Origin: Eledone cirrhosa | Lineage: Eukaryota | Assembly (NCBI GenBank): GCA_964016885.1 | Contig: CAXHJY010001023.1 | Location: 1 to 44,186, forward strand | Reading direction: 5' to 3' | Length of the DNA stretch: 44,186 nt | Shown: positions 35,369 to 44,186 of the stretch, one piece after another | Layout of the letters: every line of letters begins with the position of its first letter | Position numbering within the stretch: the first letter of the stretch is position 1 | The notes under the pieces: generated by a model | What the model saw: the letters and a program-made list of their open reading frames with translations, nothing else | What the model was told of the DNA's origin: nothing | Databases searched by the model: none | Program-made: the position numbers and the translations under genes

Positions 35369-37046
35369 ATATCTTAGATAGAATCATCCCCCAAATTAAG
35401 GTTAAGGTTAACATTAAACTCTGGGGGAAGACCCAAGAAGCAATAAGATGGTTTAATAGCATTAGCAATAAGAATAAATCTAAGCTTATCCAGTTTGATA
35501 TCGATGAATATTACTCATCGATATCACCTGAAACTTTGAATAGAGCCATTAAGTTTGCTAAGGATAACTCTGACCTTACAAACGATGAAATTAAGATTAT
35601 ATTAGAAGCTAGGAAAACTATAGTCAAATTTGAGAACAGTTATTGGGTACGTAAAGATAGACCCTCTAACTTTGACATAACAATGGGCTCTAACGATTCG
35701 GCGGAAATAACTGATATTGTGGGGTTATTTATCGCCTTTAGACTCCAGGAAAAATTCAGCAATCTCCACGGCGGAATATACCGCGACGATGTTCTCCTAG
35801 CTAAAAACCTTAATAACCAAAAACTAGAAAAACTACGCAAAGATATAAGAAAACTACTACTCGAAATAGGACTAACTATAACATATGAATACAACCTTAA
35901 AGTAGTTAACTTCCTGGATGTCACACTCAATTTAAACTCTGGTTTGATTAAACCGTTTCATAAATTGAATGAAAATCTCAAATACGTAAATGTTGGGTCT
36001 AACCACCCCATCTCTATAATTAAATCTATCCCTAAAAATATTTCCCTTAGAATCTCGGGTCTATCTTCTAACATACAAGTATTTAAGGAACACACCGAGT
36101 ACTACGATAACGCCCTTAGTAAAGCAGGCTACCTCAACAAAATAGAGTACATAGATGGGAACAATCAAAACACCCAAAATAAATCCCACATAGGTAGATA
36201 TAATAACACAACACCAAACCACACTTACTACCATAGTATGCACATCAGTAAACCAACAAACAAAACTAATAGAAAGCGATGCAAAGAGTACTTATGGTAT
36301 AACCCCGAATACAATAGTTCCATTAGTACAAATTTTCCAGTACTCTTCTTTAAAATAATTAAAAGACATTTTCCCACATCACACAAATACCACAAAATCC
36401 TAATCCCTACCACTATGAGACTGTCATACTCTACAGCGTTAAACCTTGAACAACACATAAAAAAGATCAATACTAGAAGGTTAAACGAAAACACTAAGAA
36501 CTTAAGTACAAAGAACACAAAAAAAAAACAGTAGACAATACACTACAGAACATAAATAAACCACACCTAAGTTCGTCCGCAATACTACTCCAGAGAAAAC
36601 CCAACGTACACAATTGTAACTGCACCTATCCTGACAACTGCCCCCTCGGCAATAACTGCCTGGAAAAAAATATTATTTATAAGTGTACCATTAAATCCGG
36701 AGGCAACGAGTGGTATTACGTGGGATCAACGGCAACATCGTTTAAATCTCGATTATATAGGCATTCTTACTCAATAAAACACCAGAGCCAAAGAAATGTA
36801 ACAACTTTAGCAGAAAAAGCTTGGACGCTCAGGGATAGCGATCAAAAGTTTACCCTAAAATGGGAGAAATTAGCTAAAACCCAAAGCTTTTCCAGGAGCC
36901 AAAATTTCTGCAAATTGTGTAATCTTGAGATTTATTACATAATCACACACAAGAAGAAACTGCTGAATAACAGAATTGAACGAACATTATTCTGCCGTCA
37001 CAGAACTAAAACCCTTTTTTCCCACTACAAGCCGAATATTACATAA
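35369..37046 (+). pseudogene. PLE RT + GIY-YIG, 5' truncated, single frameshift in the A10 run at 36519-36528
   Basis: QFDIDEYY, ITMGSNDSAE, GIYRDD, NFLDVTLNL, WYNPEY. After the shift: CNCTYPDNCPLGNNCLEKNIIYKC...YYVGSTATSFKSRL. Confidence 0.9.
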
Positions 37047-37317
37047 AAGAGGGACATCCCCCAACTATATAAACCTTAATCTAGTTAGAAAAATATAAAA
37101 ACAATCTCTTCTCAACATATATTAATAACCTTAAATTACCACACTAATAATGGAAAGATATGCTGATGAGAATAGGTGCAAATATGCGATAATGAATGTG
37201 TCTAAAAACGTCCATAAGTATGTATATATATATGTGAAAATGTATATAAATAAGTAAATATATATATATGTTTGATGTGTATAGTTAGATGTAAGTGTAT
37301 TCATGTATTAAAGTGCT

Positions 37318-37370
<53 letters not shown>

Positions 37371-37439
37371 AAAAAGGGATGAAATCGAAAATGCAACTGA
37401 AGTCTTATTTTTTTAAAAAATATATATATTTATTTGGTT

Positions 37440-37477
37440 CCTTTACCGGTTTCGCAGTTCTTCTGCTTTTCAAAAGG
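37440..37477 (-). ncRNA. U3-A8 variant hammerhead (inverted copy)
   Basis: Reverse complement of 39227-39264. Confidence 0.75.
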
Positions 37478-37689
37478 TGAGTTGAGATGGAGGGTCTGTG
37501 GTTTTTCTCACATCTGGTTGGTCTCTAAATGTTACTTGTTTTATATGGAAAAAGTGGCTCGAAAACCAGGTTTTTCGAGAAGTAATTTGATTGGGTTGTC
37601 AATAATTATAATAAATTTCGCGCCAGTTCGCGTTACAATAGTTCTTCAAATAAGAGAGGGGGGGGGGGGTTGTTACAGGTTGTTTTTTC

Positions 37690-38190
37690 ATAATAATCAA
37701 AATAATCAAAAGCAAAAGACAACCAAAATCACTGAAAACATTACTCACCAATGCCAAATTACCTACCACAAACCCACAACCAAGTATCAAAAAATGTGGT
37801 CGCTCTAATTGTGGAACCTGCACTCACCTCATTGAAGGCAACACGTATACATTTAAATCAGGACAAAATTTTACTGTAAAAAATCACTTCACTTGCTCAT
37901 CAAAAAATCTACTTTATGCCATTAAATGTAAAGGATGCAATAAAGCTTATATAGGACAAACTAAACTCACACTCAGAAACAGAATGACAGTTCATCGCCA
38001 ACAATTACGAGATCCAACCACGAGACAGATACCACTAAGTGCACATCTAGACATTTGCGCAAGTAATAAGACACCCAAATTCCAAGTCTTCCCATTTTAC
38101 CTTTGCGCTAACAATACAACAGAACAAATGCGAATAAATAAGGAAAATATGTTTATTCAAAAATATAGACCAACATTAAATAAGGTTTAA
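37690..38190 (+). pseudogene. Cys-rich linker + GIY-YIG endonuclease of a Neptune-like PLE
   Basis: SKRQPKSLKTLL..CGRSNCGTC..FTCSSKNLLYAIKCKGCNKAYIGQTKLTLRNRMTVH..KENMFIQKYRPTLN. Confidence 0.85.
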
Positions 38191-38659
38191 TATACATTAT
38201 GTCAACACCACAATATGACATACACACACACACACATAACACCTTCTACTTTAGAAAATAAAAACCCGAACTAAATAAACCTTAAACATACGTTTGCACT
38301 GGCAATACAATAGCAAACACGAAAAAGTCAGGAAAATATGTTCATTCAAAAATATTCCTACTAAAGGAATCATTTTCCTACACACACACATACACACACA
38401 CACAATATATATATATATATATATTCTCTTCATCTTAACATGCTAACCATACTCCCACACACATAACACCCATACACACACATAACAACCCCCACACCTA
38501 CAACACCCTCCCCATTTCTACTAATAGAACCACTTTCCTACACACATATATATATACACACACACAAAATATATATTCTCTCTATCTAACATACTCGCAC
38601 ACACACACATAACACACAACTCCCTCCCCCATCTCTACTAATAGAATCATCTTCCAATA

Positions 38660-38714
<55 letters not shown>

Positions 38715-39226
38715 GCACACAAATAAACACATATCTTCAGTCTCAATAGAAAATCTGAACTCTGACACCTGAACTCTGACAGCTGGCCATATTCACTGAA
38801 CCAGAACATTTCTCCCAATCCCTTTTCCCTTGACCACTATCTCTCCATTGTCATAACATTCACTATAAAGACTACAGAATAGTTTTCCAAATAAGGGCGC
38901 AAAAATGTAATGAAAACTTGTTCACGTGACAGCCAAATTTCATTTATAACCAACCAAAAAAAAAGCCTTCGTGAGCCTCATTTTTTCAAGTAAAAAGAAA
39001 TTCAAACACTCATATATGAAAAAAACAACCTGTGACAACCCCCCCCTCTCTTATTTGAAGAACTATTGTAACGCGAACTGGCGCGAAATTTATTATAATT
39101 ATTGACAAACCAATCAAATTACTTCTCGAAAAACCTGGTTTTCGAGCCACTTTTTCCATATAAAACAAGTAACATTTAGAGACCAACCAGATGTGAGAAA
39201 AACCACAGACCCTCCATCTCAACTCA

Positions 39227-39264
39227 CCTTTTGAAAAGCAGAAGAACTGCGAAACCGGTAAAGG
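39227..39264 (+). ncRNA. Type I hammerhead with compensatory U3-A8 core
   Basis: cctt-TTGAAAA-gcag-aagaa-ctgc-GAAA-CCGG-TA-aagg followed by AATAAA. Confidence 0.78.
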
Positions 39265-39395
39265 AACCAAATAAATATATATATTTAAAAAAAAAATAAG
39301 ACTTCAGTTGCATTTTCGATTTCATCCCTTTTTCTTTATACTTCCACTCGTGTAGGACACCTCGGTTATTTTTCATTTTGTAAAAAGAACCTCAC

Positions 39396-39461
<66 letters not shown>

Positions 39462-40017
39462 ATATGTGTATATAGATGTGTATGTATGTGTATGTGTGTA
39501 CACATGGACTAGAGTATGTATGTATATATGTGTGTGTCTATACGTGTGTATATAAAGATAAGTTGAGTATGAAAATGTATACACATGAGCGCGTATGTAT
39601 GTACATGAATACATGTGTGTATATATATGTGTATGCATGTGTATATATATGTAAGTATGAATATGTGAATTGTGAGTATATGTATTTTGTAGAGGTGTGC
39701 AAATATATTTGTGTGTGAATGCGTGGGTGAAAGGATACGTACACTTGAAAGAAAAATTTAAGTCTGAATGTTAATTAAGTGCAAACACAAAACCAACCAC
39801 GCATATCTTTACTATCTCTAATCCTTCTATAGATTTAGAAAATTAACCAATAATATATTCTATAAAAAATGTCAAAACAACAGATGGGAATCTAATTACT
39901 CACTGCCACCAAGAATTCTCACTGCTATCGAAAAACCACTCCTTCAACTATTCTTCTAACAACTTCACCCCTCCCTCCTAATATTCTCTATAAAAACTAA
40001 ATAGGTCCTCAGTAATA

Positions 40018-40137
40018 TTATTCTGATGAAATGACAGTAAATAATAACATTGAAATATTGAATGTCTGCATAACTAAAAGTTTGTAGATAGCAGCTGTTT
40101 TAGGTTATGTAAGTGTTATAGAAACACGTGTCAATAA
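40018..40137 (+). ncRNA. Extended-stem-II hammerhead (canonical CTGATGA, GUC site)
   Basis: ttatt-CTGATGA-aatgac...gttata-GAAA-CACGTG-TC-aataa. Confidence 0.75.
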
Positions 40138-40402
40138 ATTCCTTTCAACTAAACTGTATCCATTCAAATCTTTCTATTTTTCTCCGGATTACTTTTGGAA
40201 CTACAACTGGAACCGTCGAGCAAATTCTACGTGAGCTGATTATCTACTGTGTGTAATATTTATATTACAACACAACGGAAAATACTGTATATATATATAT
40301 ATATGTATATATATGTAATAAATTTATAAATTTAGGAATTTATAAATCTATAAATTTCTGGTTGGTTGGTTGTTTCCACAACCAGATACTTGTTTATATA
40401 TT

Positions 40403-40445
40403 GTCAAAGTTCTTTCGTCACACATTCTGTGACCTCTTCAGTGAC
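40403..40445 (-). ncRNA. Type I hammerhead in a short unique insert (~40316-40510)
   Basis: Minus strand reads gtca-CTGAAGA-g-gtcaca-gaatg-tgtgac-GAAA-GAAC-TT-tgac. Confidence 0.7.
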
Positions 40446-40573
40446 TGGGGATTCTTTTCTTTGTTTTTGTGCCTCTCCATTGTTCTGTCCTACGCCATTT
40501 TGTTTCTGTGTGTGTGTATGTATATATATATACATATGTATATGTATATATATATTTACGTATATATATATAC

Positions 40574-40685
<112 letters not shown>

Positions 40686-40686
40686 T

Positions 40687-42082
40687 TACACAGGTTCTTT
40701 AAGTCATACGGCCTATCCGTAACTATGGACCTCAACCACAGGGTTGTCAACTTCCTGGACGTGACCCTGGAGTTGAGTACGGGCTTATACAAGCCATACC
40801 ATAAGCCTGGAGAGTGCCTCTCTTATATTAATTATGCCTCAACCACCCCTAAGCAGACTCTCAACTCCATAGTCTATAGTATCTCACATAGAATCTCGAG
40901 GCTATCCGCCAATGAAGATATCTTCAACCAAGCGGCTGATTACTACAATAGGGCCCTGATAAGCGCCGGCTTTAACCGAGGAATTTCCTACATCCCTAAC
41001 GCTAGCTCTAGAAACCCCCCCTCATAAAACTAACGTTATAGTAAGCCATACCTATAACCGATCACGCGGCGACCTCGTTAAAGTCGGATATAATAGAATA
41101 GATAACCGCACCAAAGATCACGTCCCCGGCGACGGTTAATACTGTAGATTACTCAAACTATTCCCCTATTACAAAACCAACAAAGGCGACGGCCTACTAC
41201 CAACGCCTTCCAACCAACATCTTCGTGTACATAAACATGGAAGTGGTAGAAAGAGTGCACCCGAGCATAAAGTGAAAGGGGCACCGAACGGGCGACAGCG
41301 CATTAACACACATAAGAGCGATCACTTAGATGGAACCACCCGTAGCAAAAGTACAAGGACACGTAATCGCCACCGTAACGTCCTATGGTTCCACCCCCCT
41401 ACTCTCGAAGTGTGGCCTCCAACATACCCCGGATATTCTTCGAAGCCTTAGAGAAGAACTTCCCACCCAACCATAGGTATAGAAAAATTCTTAATAGGAA
41501 CAATGTAAAAATATCCTTCTCTACTACTCCTAACCTAGCAGACATCATAGGAACAACGAACCACAGTAAGATCACCAAGACACAGCACCTCGACGCAGAC
41601 GCACCTACACCTGACAATAACTGTATCGGCCTTAACAACTCCCTGACAGCATCCAATAGTGTGGCAACGGCATCCGCAGACGCAACCAGAATGACCGCGA
41701 AGTGACTGGGGAGCATGCAAAACATGGCGTGCGGAATAACAATCGCACCATCCCGCGTGCTGTGGGTTGTAATTGTGCTAACGACAGCTGCGGTAACGCA
41801 GCTAGCAACGTAGGCAGCAACAACGATAGCCTTATCGTGGGAAATAGACGGAACAGCGACAGAAATTGCAACTGCCGCGACAGAGGACGGTGCCCCCTTA
41901 GAGGATACTGCTTGACCGATAGGGTTATATATAGATGCACTATTACTAGCCACAATAGCGTTAAACATTATATAGGGGCCACCTCCGGCCCGTTCAAAAA
42001 TTAGGTTTCGAACACATCTCCACTCTTTCACAAATAGAAAACTAAGGCACTCCACCTCGCTCGCGGACTACATCACATCACA
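40687..42082 (+). pseudogene. Decayed PLE fragment (RT C-terminus, long linker, GIY-YIG)
   Basis: [94 protein letters not shown]. Confidence 0.88.
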
Positions 42083-42160
42083 TCACCAAAAGATGTTATA
42101 TTTAATGTTTTTGTCTTTTAAGGACCATATGAGTTCTGAGAGAGCAGTGTTAGTTTTTTT
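42083..42160 (-). pseudogene. Tiny PLE GIY-YIG fragment from another family
   Basis: [25 protein letters not shown] is homologous to TTLAEKAWTLRDSDQKFTLKW and STSLAHHIWDLKGANIPYSLNW. Confidence 0.7.
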
Positions 42161-42680
42161 ATATATATATACATATACATATATACATATATACATACAT
42201 ATATATACATATACATATATACATACATATATACATATATACATACATATATATATATATATATACATACATATATATATATATACATACATATATATAT
42301 ATATACATACATATATATATATATACATACATATATATATACATACATACATATATATATACATACATATATATATATATACATACATATATATATATAT
42401 ACATACATATATATATACATACATATATACATATATATACATACATATATATATATATACATACATATATATATATATACATACATATATATATATATAT
42501 ACATACATATATAATATATACATACATATATATATATATATACATACATATATATATATATATACATACATATATATATATACATACATATATATATATA
42601 TATACATACATATATATATATACATACATATATATATACATACATATATACATACATACATATATATATACATACATATA

Positions 42681-42721
<41 letters not shown>

Positions 42722-43556
42722 ACATACATATATACATACATATATATATATATACATACATATATATATATATATACATACATATATATATATATACATA
42801 CATATATATATACATACATATATATATACATACATATATATATACATACATATATATATACATACATATATATATACATACATATATATATATACATACA
42901 TACATATATATATATATACATACATATATATATATATACATACATTATATATATATACATACACATATATATATATACATACATATATATATATATACAT
43001 ACATATATATATACATACATATATATATATATACATACATATATATATATATACATACATATATATATATACATACATATATATATATATACATACATAT
43101 ATACATATATACATACATATATACATATATACATACATATATATATATATACATACATATATATATATATACATACATATATATATATATATACATACAT
43201 ATATATATATATACATACATATATATATATATAAATACATATATATATATTATACATACATATATATATATATATACATACATATATACATATATACATA
43301 CATATATACATATATACATACATATATATATATATACATACATATATATATACATACATACATACATATATATATACATAATATATATATATACATACAT
43401 ATATATATACATACATACATACATATATATATATATACATATATATATACATATATATATACATATATATATACATATATATATACATATATATATACAT
43501 ATATATATACATAATATATATATAAACATTACATATATATACATATATATATATAC

Positions 43557-43587
<31 letters not shown>

Positions 43588-43748
43588 CATACATATATAT
43601 ATACATACATATATATATATAATACATATATATATATATACATACATATATATATATATATATACATATATAATATATATATATATAACATATATATATA
43701 CATATAATATACATATATATATTATATACATATATATAATATATACTA

Positions 43749-43782
<34 letters not shown>

Positions 43783-43802
43783 CATATATATAATATATAT
43801 AC

Positions 43803-43857
<55 letters not shown>

Positions 43858-43886
43858 CATTATATATATACAATATATATATATAC

Positions 43887-43917
<31 letters not shown>

Positions 43918-43920
43918 CAC

Positions 43921-43955
<35 letters not shown>

Positions 43956-43994
43956 CATATATATATACATATATATATACATATATATATACAC

Positions 43995-44025
<31 letters not shown>

Positions 44026-44186
44026 CACATATATATATATATACATATATATATACACATATTATATATATACATATATATATCATTATACATATATATA
44101 TATATACATATATATATACATATATATATATATATACATATAGTATATATAAGTACATATATATATATACATATATGTACTATATA
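42161..44186. repeat. (TA)n/(TACA)n microsatellite
   Basis: Direct inspection. Confidence 0.97.

Larger units (their letters stand above)
37364..39400 (+). mobile_element. Nested 5'-truncated PLE (Neptune-like) with ~330-bp inverted pLTR
   Basis: 37364-37691 is the inverse of 39015-39340. It sits in the (TA)n tract of the host pLTR, which is uninterrupted in the inverted copy near 34860-34935. Confidence 0.87.
34142..40290 (+). mobile_element. 5'-truncated PLE (tentatively Nematis-like) with 1.2-kb inverted pLTR; 3' pLTR interrupted by a nested PLE
   Basis: 34142-35368 is the reverse complement of 36884-37318 joined to ~39440-40176. ORF at 35369-37046. Confidence 0.88.

Noticed and set aside
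38340-38720. Three degenerate ~120-160-bp repeats with CA tracts
   Set aside because: They look like local duplications within the PLE 3' UTR, with no ribozyme or other structure seen.

Overview
This is AT-rich eukaryotic repeat DNA, probably from a cephalopod such as Octopus (inferred from the (TA)n content and a LINE tail resembling a repeat end I recall from octopus genomes). I see no host protein-coding gene. The many Ile/Tyr-rich ORFs are artefacts of the (TA)n/(TATG)n/(TACA)n tracts that make up roughly half of the window. Nested in these tracts are at least seven Penelope-like elements or fragments (PLEs; RT + GIY-YIG, several with inverted pseudo-LTRs), two RTE LINE 3' ends and one decayed CR1-group LINE. 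Reading by eye I count about 24 type I hammerhead ribozyme (HHR) motifs of about 12 sequence types. The main result is a set of non-coding, retrozyme-like elements that probably derive from circular RNAs. One is a 310-bp tandem/inverted array with 7 HHRs (23919-25975). The other is a ~460-nt family represented by two diverged members (3028-3541 and 5070-6388) with terminal redundancy, compensatory base changes and a conserved octamer motif. The PLE-associated HHRs include unusual variants: a U3-A8 core, a U4C core, and ~90-95-nt structured insertions in stem II. All structures were assigned by eye and no folding, alignment or database search was run.
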